Origin: an uncultured Chloroflexia bacterium
Lineage (GTDB): Bacteria > Chloroflexota > Limnocylindria > Limnocylindrales > CSP1-4
NCBI GenBank assembly: GCA_963763775.1
Contig: CAVXPZ010000003.1
Location: forward strand, 480,001-544,000
Reading direction: 5' to 3'
DNA: 64,000 bases
Shown here piece by piece: positions 30,144 through 40,785 of this stretch. The stretch's first letter is position 1. Each line of letters opens with the position of its first letter. A program made the translations under genes and the position numbers. The notes beneath the pieces are model-generated. The model was not told the DNA's origin. It saw only the letters and a program-made list of their open reading frames with translations, and made no database searches.

Positions 30144-31833
30144 TCAGGCGATCGGGATCTCGGCGACGACGCGGGTCCCGCCGCCGGCCGGACTCTCGAC
30201 GGTCAGACGTCCGCCGAGGGCCGCGACACGGTCCTGCAGACCACGGATGCCCGACCCCCTGTCGCGATCCGCGCCGCCGACGCCGTCGTCGCCGACCTCC
30301 ACGATGGAGGATCGGGCCTCGGCACGCAGCGTCGATGCTGACTCGCGTCGCCGACGCGTACTTGGCCACGTTGGCCAGCGACTCGGAGACGACGAAATAG
30401 GCCGTGGCCTCGACCGGCGGCGACAGGCGCCGGTCAGGGATGGCGGTGACGTCGGCGGGCACGGTCGATCGGTCGGCCAGGGCCATGATCGCGGCGCCGA
30501 GTCCGGCTTCCGTCAGGATCGCCGGGTGGATGCCACGAGCGAGCTCCCGGAGCTCCCGGATCGCGATCCGGAGTTCGGCCGCCGCGTCGTCCGCGGCGGC
30601 GATCGCTTCGTCATTCGGCGCCACCGGGCGGACCAAGGTGGGATCGCAGCAGTCGCAGGGCGAGGGAGAGCGAGACGAGACGCTGCTGCGCACCGTCGTG
30701 AAGGTCGCGCTCGAGCCGGCGACGCTCCGCGTCGGTCGCCTCGACGATCCTCGCCCGAGACCGGCGGACCTCGGCCTCGGCCGCCCGTTGGTCCGTGAAG
30801 TCCCGGACGATCGCCGTCACCTCCTCGGGGCCGCTCGGGGCGATCCGCGCCTCGTACTGGCGACGCTCCGAACCGACGTCGAGCGAGAAGTCGTACGCCT
30901 GCAGTTCTCCGGCGTCGAGCGCACGATCGGCCGCCTGGAGGGCCGCGCTCGACGCCACCTCGAACATCCGATCATGGAGCCGTCGTCCGGCCAGCTCGGT
31001 GCCGGCGGGCGGCCCGTCGCCGCCACGCCCGACGCGCCGTCGTCCGATCGCTCGTCGACGTACCGGCCGTCGCGGGCGAAGCGGAACATGCGGTCCGGGA
31101 TCGCATCGACGATCGCCTGGAGCCGATGCTCGCTCTGCCGATAGAAGCCGATCAGAAGCGCGATCGGGATCGCCGCGGGCGCCAGGTCCTTGGCCGCCAC
31201 GAGGATCGCCCCGACATCGTCGGGCACGTCGGCGATCCGCCGGACGATGTTGATCATGAGCGTCGCGAGGAAGACGAGGCCGGCGACCAGGACCGGCAGG
31301 AGGTCGCGCCGCGCGCGCGCCGGGGCGATCAGCCACCGTCGGAGCACGACGACGCTCGTCATCACGGCCAGGGCCAGGCCGCCGTACAGGCCGCTCGACT
31401 TGTCGGCGATGAGGGTCAGGCTCGTGGAGTAGAGGACGTTGAGGGCCGTGACGCCGACCGCGAGGATCGCGACGGCCGCCCGGTCGACCGCGGTCTCGAG
31501 ACGCCCGCTCGGGTAGGCGAGGACGAGCGCCAGCAGGATGATGGCCGATGTGTCCTCGAACGCCAGCGCGAGCTCGTTGACGATCGGGACGCTGGCGCCG
31601 ATCAGGGTGCCGATGAACCAGGTCAGGCCGACCAGGGTCATCAGCAGCCCGGTGCGGTTGTCGGGGGCGTGACCCCAGATCACGAGCCCGCCGTACAGAT
31701 AGGTCAGGCCGATGGCGAGCTGGAGCATGCCGGCCTCGGGCGGCGTCCCCTGGCTCACGGCGAACGCCTCTCCGGCGACGGCCGCGACCGTCCCCGCCAC
31801 GCCGATCGCGACCCGGAGCGAACGTGCGCTCAT
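30144..31833 (-). CDS. Membrane sensor histidine kinase, HisKA_3 type with PAS-like domain (~3 frameshifts)
   Basis: Multi-TM N-terminus; ERRRLERDLHDGAQQRL, GIHPAIL, ESLANVAK, DDGVGGA, GSGIRGL across four reading-frame segments. Confidence 0.82.
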
Positions 31834-31869
31834 GCCGCGGACTCTGCCACACGACCCCGATGCTGCAAG

Positions 31870-31900
31870 CAGGGATAACCCTGAGTCCGGGATAACCCTG
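31870..31900. promoter_or_regulatory. Tandem pseudo-palindromes between the divergent kinase and response-regulator genes
   Basis: CAGGGATAACCCTG (31870-31883) and CCGGGATAACCCTG (31887-31900). Confidence 0.65.
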
Positions 31901-31935
31901 TAGGTGGACGGGCGATCGCGTGCCACGATGGCGGC

Positions 31936-32292
31936 ATGAGCACCATCCTCATCGTCGACGACCATGCCGGCTTCCGAGCCCAGGCTCGGGCGCTGCTGCA
32001 GGCCGACGGGTTCGAGGTCGTCGGCGACGCCTCGGACGGCAGCACCGGGCTCGCGGCCGCGCGCGCCCTGCGGCCGGACCTCGTGCTGCTCGACATCGGC
32101 CTGCCGGACGTCGAGGGCTTCGACGTGGCCCGCGAGCTCGCCGTCGACGGTCCGCCGCCGCTCGTCGTCCTGACGTCCAGCCGCGAAGCCAGCGCCTACG
32201 GCCCGCGCCTCGCCGATAGCCGGGCCCTCGGCTTCATCCCCAAGGACGAGCTCTCCGGCGCGGCGATCCGGGCCCTCGTTGACGGCCGATGA
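31936..32292 (+). CDS. Stand-alone response-regulator receiver protein
   Basis: ILIVDDH, PDLVLLDIGLPD, FIPK. Confidence 0.9.
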   Translation: MSTILIVDDHAGFRAQARALLQADGFEVVGDASDGSTGLAAARALRPDLVLLDIGLPDVEGFDVARELAVDGPPPLVVLTSSREASAYGPRLADSRALGFIPKDELSGAAIRALVDGR

Positions 32293-32942
32293 CCCTTCGC
32301 CTGGTCCTCGCGGACGACTCGCTCCTCCTCCGCGAGGGGATCGCGAGGCTGCTCGCCGATGCCGGTTTCGACGTGGTCGGCCGGGCCGGCGACGCCACCG
32401 AGCTGTTGGCCGCGGTCCGCGAGCAGCGGCCGGACGTGGCCATCGTCGATATCCGCATGCCGCCGACGCACACCGATGAGGGCCTGCGCGCCGCCGAGGC
32501 GATCCGCGCCGAGCACGGGACGGCCGTCGGGATCCTGGTCCTCTCGCAGTACGTCGAGACCACCTTCGCGCTCCGGCTCGTCGCCGACGGAGCGGGCGGC
32601 GTCGGCTACCTGCTCAAGGACCGGGTCGACGACCTCGACGACTTCGCCGACGCCGTCCGTCGCATCGCCCGCGGTGGATCGGTCATCGACCCCGAGGTGG
32701 TCGCCCAGCTGGTCGGGCGCCGTCGGTCGCGGGTGCCCCTGGACGACCTCAGCGAGCGCGAGCGCGAGGTCCTCGCCCTGATGGCCGAGGGCCGATCCAA
32801 CCAGGCGATCTGCGATCGGCTGTTCCTCGCCCCGAAGACCGTCGAGGCGCACATCGCCAACATCTTCTCGAAGCTGGAGCTCCTGCCGGCCCCCGATGAC
32901 CATCGCCGGGTCCTGGCGGTCCTGGCGCACCTCCGCGGCTGA
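32289..32942 (+). CDS. NarL/LuxR-family response regulator
   Basis: LADD, DIRMPP, GYLLK, LSEREREVLALMAEGRSN HTH. Confidence 0.93.
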   Translation: MTLRLVLADDSLLLREGIARLLADAGFDVVGRAGDATELLAAVREQRPDVAIVDIRMPPTHTDEGLRAAEAIRAEHGTAVGILVLSQYVETTFALRLVADGAGGVGYLLKDRVDDLDDFADAVRRIARGGSVIDPEVVAQLVGRRRSRVPLDDLSEREREVLALMAEGRSNQAICDRLFLAPKTVEAHIANIFSKLELLPAPDDHRRVLAVLAHLRG

Positions 32943-32985
32943 GCAGGGTCTGCCCCGACCCGCGGTCGCGGGACTCCCCCGATGG
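32943..32985 (+). promoter_or_regulatory. 43-bp regulatory element, copy 2
   Basis: GCAGGGTCTGCCCC-N9-TCGCGGGACTCCCCCGATGG. Confidence 0.6.
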
Positions 32986-33062
32986 CACGGCGCCGCACGG
33001 TCGCGATCGTGGTCGCAGGCCTCCGAACCCCGGGGCACGCATCACCGAAGGGAGCACCCACC

Positions 33063-33689
33063 ATGTCCACGCAGCCGATCTCCCGGATCGCCGGCCCGGT
33101 CGCCCTCGGCGTCGGCGCCGTGCTGCTGGTCCAGCAGCTCGTCATGGCGTCGATCCTCGACCGGACGCAGATCGAGACGACGATGGCGAACCCCCTCTAC
33201 CTCCCGAGCGCGATCGCCTACTTCTTCGCGTTCTGCGGGCTGCTCGTGTCGCTCGTCGCGGCGTACAGCTGGGAGTCCGAGGCCGCCGGCAAGGTCGGCG
33301 TGGTCGGGTTCGTCGCCGCGCTGGTCGGCACGATGTTCCTCACCGGCGACCTGTGGTTCGAGGCGTTCGCCGTGCCGTGGCTGGGCGATGTGGCGCCGGC
33401 GTCCCTCCACCTCGCCGGCGGGACCCTGATGGTCGGTGCGTTCATGAGTTACGTGCTGTTCGCTGCCGGTTGGGTCCTCTTCGGTCTCGCGAGCTTCCGG
33501 GCTCGAGTCTTCCCGCGGCCGATCTCCGTCGCGATCGTGGTCGGCGGGGCCATCGGGTTCCAGGCGGCGATGCCGCCGTTCGCGATCCCGCTGGCGATCG
33601 CGGTCGGATGTCTCGGGGCCTGGATGGTCCGGACCACGTCGACCGCGCGCGAGCCGGGCCCTGCCGCCGCGCTCGTGCCGGCCGCCTAG
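33063..33689 (+). CDS. Hypothetical multi-pass membrane protein
   Basis: ~6 hydrophobic helices, WFEAFAVPW motif; GGGAG RBS. Confidence 0.75.
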   Translation: MSTQPISRIAGPVALGVGAVLLVQQLVMASILDRTQIETTMANPLYLPSAIAYFFAFCGLLVSLVAAYSWESEAAGKVGVVGFVAALVGTMFLTGDLWFEAFAVPWLGDVAPASLHLAGGTLMVGAFMSYVLFAAGWVLFGLASFRARVFPRPISVAIVVGGAIGFQAAMPPFAIPLAIAVGCLGAWMVRTTSTAREPGPAAALVPAA

Positions 33690-33911
33690 CTCCAGGAGGA
33701 TCCCGACGGCGGGGTCCGGTCGCGGCGAGGGCCGCATCGACCGGGCCCCGTCGTCGCACGTTCGGCCCTCGGACGGGTCCGCGACTTTAGGTGATGTCCG
33801 GTGGGGTCGTTGGGTCGATCGACCGATGCCCGGGCAGCCGCCCCAGGCGAGAGTCGTAGGCAACGGCCTCACCCCCGATGACGGCCGAAATCGACCAGGA
33901 GGGATCGAGAC

Positions 33912-34231
33912 ATGACCGCACAGATGACCACCCAGCCGGCCGGTTCCGGGATCCGCGTCGCCCCGGCGATCGTGGCGATGATCGCCGTCCTTGCCTTCGC
34001 CGCCGGACTCGCGCTCGCCCACATCGATCGCCCCGGGCGCAGCGACCACCGCGCGCGGACCGGCGGCAGCCCGCTGCGGTGACGGCCGTCGACGCCGCGG
34101 TGCCCGCCGCGCGCGCCGGCGCCCTGACGGTCGCCCCGGCCTACGAGGCCGCGCACCGGGCGCTCCCGAACAAGCTCGACAGCCTACTCGTCGCTCACGG
34201 GCGACACCAAGGTCACGCTCGACAGCCGTGA
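33912..34231 (+). CDS. Small hypothetical exported protein, probably frameshifted
   Basis: AGGAGG RBS; signal/TM segment VAPAIVAMIAVLAFAAGLALA; the continuation is in another frame. Confidence 0.35.
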
Positions 34232-34377
34232 GCTCGCCGCGGGCCGCGCTCGCTGAGGATCGCCTGGCGGCCGTCGAGCCGCGCCGGAACCTTTCGAGGC
34301 CGATCGTGGTGACCCACGGTCGGCCTCGTCGTCTGTTCGGCCGCCCGTCTCGTCAGGCGCCCGCCCGCGCGACGCGT

Positions 34378-34944
34378 CTACCCGGCGACGGGCTTGAGCA
34401 ACGCGTACTCGCCGTCGTAGCGGACCTGGAGGCTGTTGTTGAACAGGTTGAGCATGTTGATGTAGCCGACCAGGAACGTCAGCTCGACGAGTTCCGGGTC
34501 GCTGAAATGCTCGTGGACCTGCTGGACGAGCGACTCGGGGAGCCGGTTCGAGTCGGCCATCACGGCCCTCGTGTACTCGATCGCGAGCCGCTCGCGGGGC
34601 ACGAGCGCGTCCGTGTGCTCGATGACGTGGAGCGGGTCCTGGACGATGTCCGCGATGTCGACCAGGTCGCAGTGCGAGAACGTGCAGAACTGGCACTCGT
34701 TGGTCTTGGAGGCCGTGATGATCACGAGCTCCTTGACCCGGCGTTCGAGCAGGCCGCCCGGGTAGACGCTGTTCCCGAATCCGGCGAAGGCGCGCAGGAT
34801 CTCGGGCCGCAGGCACATCGCCTGGATCATCTCGACCGGCGGCCGGCCGCGCTCCCAGAGGCCCCGACTCTCGTCGAAGGACGGGTCGTCCTTGACGGCC
34901 TCGAACGCGGACTGGATCTGCTCCGGCGTGACGGTGACGCGCAT
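34378..34944 (-). CDS. AhpD/carboxymuconolactone decarboxylase-family protein
   Basis: RPEIL, KELVI, NECQFCTFSH (CxxCxxxH), ELTFLVGYINMLN; AGGAGG RBS. Confidence 0.85.
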   Translation of the reverse strand: MRVTVTPEQIQSAFEAVKDDPSFDESRGLWERGRPPVEMIQAMCLRPEILRAFAGFGNSVYPGGLLERRVKELVIITASKTNECQFCTFSHCDLVDIADIVQDPLHVIEHTDALVPRERLAIEYTRAVMADSNRLPESLVQQVHEHFSDPELVELTFLVGYINMLNLFNNSLQVRYDGEYALLKPVAG

Positions 34945-35185
34945 CGATGGACCTCCTGCAAGGGACGGCAGGGTACCGCGGGAGCGATGTGGTGGGCGCG
35001 GTGTCGTCACCGGGGACCGAGGGGTACTAGCAGTAGCCGTTCTGACGACGCGTTCCTCGTGGACGGAGGCGAATCCGACGTCGGAACGTCGAGTTCGCTC
35101 GAGCACCACGCTGGAATATCCAAGGATCGGTCACTGATGGTACCCGGGCACGGGGGCACGACCTGAGCGACGCCGACGCTTCCGC

Positions 35186-35207
35186 TAAGCTGGTTGTGTG
35201 CACAACC
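35186..35207 (+). promoter_or_regulatory. -10 box with palindromic operator upstream of the DsbA/FrnE gene
   Basis: TAAGCT followed by GGTTGTG-TG-CACAACC. Confidence 0.5.
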
Positions 35208-35250
35208 ATGCGGCCCGACCCGGTCGATCCCGATCCCGACAGCGACGTTC

Positions 35251-35896
35251 GTGATCGTCGAGATCTGGTCCGACGTGGCTTGTCCGTGGTGCTACATCGG
35301 CAAACGGCGCTTCGAGCGCGCACTGGCCGACTTCGATGGCGCCGAGGACGTCGAGGTCACGTGGCGGAGCTACCAGCTCGACCCGACGATCCCGCGCGGC
35401 ATCGCGGACGCCGCATGACGAGTCGCTCGCCGCGAAGTTCGGCGCGACCCCCGACCAGATCCGGGTCATGAACGAGCGGGTCGTGACGCTCGCCGCCGAG
35501 GAAGGCCTCGAGTACCACTTCGAGCGCTACATCACGGTCAACACCTTCGACGCGCACCGGATGACGCACCTGGCGGCAGCGCATGGCCTCGGGGCGGCGA
35601 TGCACGAGCGGCTCTTCCGGGCGCAGTTCGTCGAGGGCGAGGTCCTCGACGACCCGGACACGCTCGTCCGTCTGGCGGGCGAGGTCGGCGTCCCCGCCGA
35701 CGAGGCTCGACGCGCGATCGAGACCGACGCGTTCGCCAGCGAGGTCGCCGAGGACATCGATGAGGCTCGGCGCATCGGCGTGAGCGGCGTCCCGTTCTAC
35801 GTCCTCGACCGCCGGTACGGGATCTCCGGCGCCCAGCCGACCGAGCTGTTCCTCGAGGCCCTTCGACAGGCCCGGGCGACCGCCATCATCCCGTGA
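35251..35896 (+). CDS. DsbA/FrnE-family dithiol oxidoreductase (frameshift at ~35412)
   Basis: EIWSDVACPWCYIG, NTFDAHR, GVSGVPF, SGAQP. Confidence 0.87.
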
Positions 35897-35994
35897 TGGA
35901 CGACTGGGCGACCTTCGACGACGCCCGGTCGGCGACGATCGCGCTCATCGACTGAGTCGGCCGACGCGGCCGAAGTCGCTGGATCGCCGGACCC

Positions 35995-36436
35995 TCAGCT
36001 CGCGGCTTGCTTCACCAGATGCCGCGATCCGCTCCTCGACCTCGGGGGTCAGCTCGAGCACGGCGTAGGCATTCGGCCACATACGGCCGTCGTCCAGCCG
36101 AGCGTCCGGCTGGAACCCGAGGGTCGCGTAGCGCACCTTGAACTTGGACGCCGGCTGGAAGAAGCAGATCGACTTGCCGTCCTTCGCGTAGGCGGGCATC
36201 CCGTACCAGGTCTTCGACGTCAGCTCCGGCGCGGCCGCCTTGACGATCTCGTGGATGCGTGCGGCCATGCTGCGGTCCGGCTCCGACAGCTCGGCGATCT
36301 TGGCGAGCACGTCGGCCTCGCCGGCCGCATCGTCGGCGCCGCGCTTCGCGTCCCGTTTGGCTTCCGCCGCGGCCTCCCGCATCGCGGCCTTCTCCTCGGC
36401 GGTCCAGATCTGGGTCTTCGCGGGCTTCGTTGCCAT
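35995..36436 (-). CDS. DUF1801/YdhG-like protein (frameshift near the 3' end)
   Basis: [20 protein letters not shown]...CFFQ...RYATLGF. Confidence 0.8.
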
Positions 36437-36542
36437 GGGTGGTTCCTCGCTTCCGGCAGTCGTGGTGACAACGATGCTAGTCGCCACTCGGCCCTCGGGC
36501 TTCTCGAAACGTGACCGAGTCGCCTGGCGCCGCCGTGGCAGA

Positions 36543-36927
36543 TCAGCTCGACATCGGCTCGGGCTGCCAGAGCTCGATCTTCGTGCCCTCCGGGTCGACG
36601 ATGTGCGCGAAGCGGCCGTTCGGCTGGTCAGGGAACACGGTCGCCTCCACGCCGTGCGTGGCGCAGCTGGCCAGGATGCCGTCCAGATCGTCGACGGCGA
36701 GGTTGAGCATGAAGTCCTTCGCCGATGGCTCGAAGTAGGTCGTGTCGGCCTCGAACGCGCTGAAGACCGTCCCGGCGCCCGGCTGGGCGGCCATCGCCTC
36801 CGGTCGGAAGACGACACCGCCCCAATCCTCGACCTCGAGGCCGAGGACATCGCGGTACCAGGCGATGAGGGCGGCCGGGTCCGTCGCCTTGAAGAACACG
36901 CCGCCGATCGCCGAGGACCCTGGCCAT
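36543..36927 (-). CDS. VOC/glyoxalase-family protein (frameshift at ~36910)
   Basis: MARVLG / GGVFFK...WYRDVLG...NLAVDDLD...[12 protein letters not shown]; AAGGAGG RBS. Confidence 0.82.
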
Positions 36928-36953
36928 CCGAACCTCCTTGACCTCGATGCTGT

Positions 36954-37783
36954 TCAGGCGACGCCGTCGCGGTCTCGCCGTCTGGCGAGGCCCTCGAGCT
37001 GCCCGGCGTGCACGTCGCTCACCCACTCCCAGCCGGGCGCGGCCGATGGCCCGATCCGCGGGTCGCTTGGGACCGTCGCGTCGCGCAACGCGCACACGTA
37101 CGCCCGATCCAGGTCGATCCGCGCTTGGAGCTGCCCAGCGTCGCCGATGGACCCGTGGCCCGGGACGAGCGACATCGACGTCGCCCGCCACGCCCTCGAG
37201 CAGTCGCAGCGCGGCGAGGTAGTCCTCGATCGGGTCAGTCGGCGCTCAGGTCGAGCATCGGGATCAGGACATCGGAGAGCATGTCGCCCGCGACGAGCAC
37301 CCGGCGCGCCTCGATCACCAGCGCCGCATGGCCGGGGGCGTGCGCTCGATGCTCGATGATCCGGACGAGCGGGCCATCCCACGGGATCCGTGCCGCCTCG
37401 GCGGGCAAGCCGGTGACGAGACCGAGCAGGTCCAGGGGGACGTCGTCGGCGATCTCCGGCGGCAGCTCCTCGGCCTCGCGGGCCTTCCAGTCCGGGTCCG
37501 ACATCTGATCGCGGACCGACGCCGCGCAGCGGGCGGTGGCGTACCGGGGGGCGACGCCGAGCCTGGCGTGCCAGAGCAGGTGATCCCAATGCGGATGCGT
37601 CGAGAAACCCGCCACGACGGTCTGGCCCGCATCGGCGAGGTCGTTCGCGAGGCAGTCCATCTCGGCGCCGGTCACGCCCGGGTCGATGAGCAACGTGCCG
37701 GCGCGGCCCTGCACGACCACGGCGTTGCTCTGGAGGAACTCGCTCTGGTGGACCAGCACGCCGTCCGCGACCTGCGTCAGCAC
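36954..37783 (-). CDS. MBL-fold metallo-hydrolase (frameshift at ~37230)
   Basis: LIDPG, THPHWDH, HAPGH, AGD, VPGHG. Confidence 0.82.
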
Positions 37784-37861
37784 GGGTGGCTCCTTCCGCT
37801 GGTGGTTGGCATCCGATCCACGTGCGGATGGTCGTCGCGGGCGCTACCCACGACGTCGGTG

Positions 37862-37960
37862 ATGGCGCGCCCGACAGGTGTTGGAGCGCGATCTGCAACC
37901 TACACCATCCCGATCGAGGGTCGCGATGAGTGGCTGGCCGCGGCGAGGCGCCTAGCGTGA
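37862..37960 (+). other. att-spanning peptide module, copy 1 (MARPTGVGARSATYTIPIEGRDEWLAAARRLA)
   Basis: Homologous to 43150-43248 with mostly synonymous differences. Confidence 0.7.
37863..37878 (-). repeat. att-like duplication of the tRNA-Arg 3' end (distal copy)
   Basis: TGGCGCGCCCGACAGG identical to 48118-48133 and 43151-43166. Confidence 0.9.
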
Positions 37961-38328
37961 GGCATCGCCCCGCCGTGTGCGCGACCGACCGGGAGGTCGT
38001 CGTCGTGGCCGCGGTCCTCGAGTCCGGGTCGGAGAAGGCGGCCGCCCATCGCCTCGGCCTGTCACATTCCACGGTCAAGCACCACCTGGCGAATGCGTGG
38101 TCGGAGGTCGGAACAGAGACGACGACGCAGCTCGTATGGATCCTGGTTCCTGGCCTGCCGGAACCGGAGGGCGGGAGTCGACGGAACGTGTCGCGGTCGG
38201 AATCGGGTGTCGCAATATGGAACGATGCCGCGCGACCTGCCCTCATAGTGTCGAATGCGGCCGCCGGCCGCGACACAGTGGGACATCGCAATGCAGCGCG
38301 ACCTCGTCCTCCGCGCGGCGACCGGTGA
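37957..38328 (+). CDS. Small LuxR-type HTH protein (3' end uncertain, possibly degenerate)
   Basis: TDREVVVV...SEKAAAHRLGLSHSTVKHHLANA; GTGA-coupled to the tail peptide. Confidence 0.6.
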   Translation: MRHRPAVCATDREVVVVAAVLESGSEKAAAHRLGLSHSTVKHHLANAWSEVGTETTTQLVWILVPGLPEPEGGSRRNVSRSESGVAIWNDAARPALIVSNAAAGRDTVGHRNAARPRPPRGDR

Positions 38329-38846
38329 CCACGACGCGTTCGCGTCGCTGGCGACCGGTGCCTACGAGCGGCTCCACCGAACCGCGCAGCTGATCCTCCG
38401 CCGCGAGGACCTTGCGTCGGACGCCGTCCAGGAGGCGCTCACCTCGGCGTGGCTGCACATCCGGGCCGTCCGTGACCCAGACCGCTTCGACGCCTGGCTC
38501 AACCGCCTGGTCGTGCGCGCCTGCTACGAGGAGCTCCGTCGAGCGAAGCGAAGGCCGATCCAGGTCCGCGTGGACTTGCTCGAGGGACCGGGGGTCGAGG
38601 ATTTCGACCGTGGCTCTCGCGGATCGGGACCAGCTGGAGCGCGGCTTCCAGCACGTCTCCGTCGACCATCGAGCGGTCCTCGTGGTCCACCACTACTTGG
38701 GACTGGCGGACGCTGATGCCGCGGTAGTCCTGGGCATCCCCATCGGCACCTACAAGTCCCGTCTCAATCGCGCCCACCTCTCGCTGCGCGCGGCCCTCGA
38801 GGCCGACGCCCGCGTGGCCGGGATCGGCCAGGAGTCCATCGCATGA
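38291..38846 (+). CDS. ECF sigma factor (frameshift at ~38605)
   Basis: GDHDAF, DAVQEA, FDAWL (region 2); LGIPIGTYKSRLNRA (region 4); GGAAC-N18-CTCA upstream. Confidence 0.87.
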
Positions 38847-40090
38847 CTGCCCAGAACGACCTCGACCGGGCCCTCGGCGCGTGGCTCCACGGGGACGCCA
38901 CGACCGCGCCACCGCCCGAGCCCCTGGCTCGAGCGATCGAGTCGACCCGCCACCTCCGCCCACGGCCCGCCCCCGTCGCGCGGATCGGCAGCTCCTGGGT
39001 CGGGTCGGGCGAGAGCAACCGCGTCCTCAGCGGTATCCGCGGCCTTCGGCCCGCTCTTCTCGTCGCGCTCGTCGCGCTGCTCGCCCTGGCACTCGTCGGC
39101 GGGGCCCTTCTGGTCGGGGGCCGGCTACTGCCTCGCCCGCCCGCGCCGCACGCGTACGCGGACCGGTTCGCGTCGTTGCCCGATCTGCCGACGCCGGTTG
39201 GCTCGCCGATCGTCGTCGAGCTCCAGGACGGCCGCGTCCTGGTCGTCGGGAGCATCTTCGGGCTGACGCCGTTCGTGTACGACCCGACGACGAGCACGTC
39301 GGTGGCGACCGGCCCGGTGCTGTCGGCGGACGGCATCCTCGGCAATGCGGTCCGCCTTCGCGACGGGCGCGTCCTCCTCACGGGGGACGGGGTCTCCCAA
39401 GTGTTCGACCCCGCGACGATGTCGTTCGCACCGACCGGGCCGATGGTGACGGCGCGCTCGTTCCCGATGCTCGCGACGCTGCCCGACGGACGGGTGCTCG
39501 TTGCCGGAGGCGTTCAGCCCGGGACCGACACGCGGATCCACTCGGCGGAGCTGTTCGACCCCAAGACGCTGACGTTCTCACCGACGGGCTCGATGGCCTA
39601 CGACGCCGGCGACCTCGTCACGTTGCCAGACGGCCGGGTCTTCGTCGCCTCCAGCCCCAACGCCGAGATCTACGACCCTCGGTCCGGGACGTTCGCCTTC
39701 GCCGGTGTCCTCCCGAACGGTGTCACGGGCGCGACCGCCCTCCCCGATGGCCGCGTCGTGCTCGTCGGGGTCTTGAGCGTCACGGGGATGCAGTCCAACG
39801 GCTTCGTCGGGGTCTGGGACCCGGCGGGATCGACGTACCGGGAGCTGTGGGGCGGATCTCAGTCGCATCCGCTCTGGAGCGCGAGCACCCTCGACGACGG
39901 CCGAGTCCTCGTGACCGGTGGGCGCCCAGCCGCCTGGGCCGGTGTCCTCGATCCGGCGACCGGGCAGATGAAGCCGGTCACGCCGCCAGCCTGGAGCCGG
40001 CCCACGGTCACGCGACTCTCCGATGGCAGGGTGCTGATCGTCGGCGGGATGGACGACGGCGCCGGATCGACCGTGCAGGTCTTCCAGTGA
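38843..40090 (+). CDS. Single-TM protein with Kelch/beta-propeller repeats, putative anti-sigma factor
   Basis: Repeated LxDGRVL(V)xGG...AE(L/I)(F/Y)DP units; ATGA-coupled to the ECF sigma. Confidence 0.8.
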   Translation: MTAQNDLDRALGAWLHGDATTAPPPEPLARAIESTRHLRPRPAPVARIGSSWVGSGESNRVLSGIRGLRPALLVALVALLALALVGGALLVGGRLLPRPPAPHAYADRFASLPDLPTPVGSPIVVELQDGRVLVVGSIFGLTPFVYDPTTSTSVATGPVLSADGILGNAVRLRDGRVLLTGDGVSQVFDPATMSFAPTGPMVTARSFPMLATLPDGRVLVAGGVQPGTDTRIHSAELFDPKTLTFSPTGSMAYDAGDLVTLPDGRVFVASSPNAEIYDPRSGTFAFAGVLPNGVTGATALPDGRVVLVGVLSVTGMQSNGFVGVWDPAGSTYRELWGGSQSHPLWSASTLDDGRVLVTGGRPAAWAGVLDPATGQMKPVTPPAWSRPTVTRLSDGRVLIVGGMDDGAGSTVQVFQ

Positions 40091-40148
40091 ACCTGCTCGG
40101 TCACTGTCGCGACTACGAGCGGATCGCCGCGGCCTCGCGGCTCCGCGC

Positions 40149-40325
40149 ATGAGGGACGGTCACTTGCGGGGCTCGCTGACCCGACCCGCAACGCAGTCCC
40201 AGATGGATGTGCTCGCGGCCTTCGTCGCTGCAGGAGGATCGGTCCAGGGCGCCGGCGAGCTCGTGGGCATTCAACCAGGCGGCCGTGCACAGACCCACGA
40301 CGCAACTGGCACTCGGCCGAGGTAG
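40149..40325 (+). pseudogene. Truncated copy of the small HTH gene at 43245
   Basis: MRDGHLRG...QMDVLAAFVAAGGSVQGAGELVGIQP versus MRDGYQRG...QMDVLAAYVAAGGSVHDAADLVGIRP; similarity ends before the recognition helix. Confidence 0.75.
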
Positions 40326-40353
40326 GAACGACAAGGCGCAGCTCGTACGTGGG

Positions 40354-40785
40354 TCAGTCGGAACGGTTTGTCTGCTTCGTCATCGCGTCCCTAACGCGAG
40401 CGGTGTCCACGAACTGCTCGAACCGGACGATGCGCCCGGCTCGCACGACGAAGTGATGGGCGACCCGGCATGCCAGAGTGTTGCCCGTGACACGGTGGGT
40501 CGCGGTATATCGAGCAAGAACGACGACGTCCTCTCCATCGACCACGTAGGTGTCGTCATGCGCGGTCCACTCGTCCCACTCCCGCCCAAGCGCTTCCATG
40601 ACGTTCGTGGTGACACCCTCCGGAGTCCGATACGTCCCGCCGAGCGGGAAGCCGGACATCTCGGTCCACTCCACGTCGGGTGCCAGGGTCTCCCGGAGCG
40701 CTGCCAGATCACCCGCGGCGGACGCGAGGTACTGCCGGCGGACGACGTCCGCGGGTGAGGATCCGTCGGCCTCGATCAGCCCCAC
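40354..40785 (-). CDS. SnoaL/NTF2-like protein
   Basis: LAPDVEWTEMSGFPLGGTY, IVRFEQFVDT. Confidence 0.85.
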   Translation of the reverse strand: MGLIEADGSSPADVVRRQYLASAAGDLAALRETLAPDVEWTEMSGFPLGGTYRTPEGVTTNVMEALGREWDEWTAHDDTYVVDGEDVVVLARYTATHRVTGNTLACRVAHHFVVRAGRIVRFEQFVDTARVRDAMTKQTNRSD

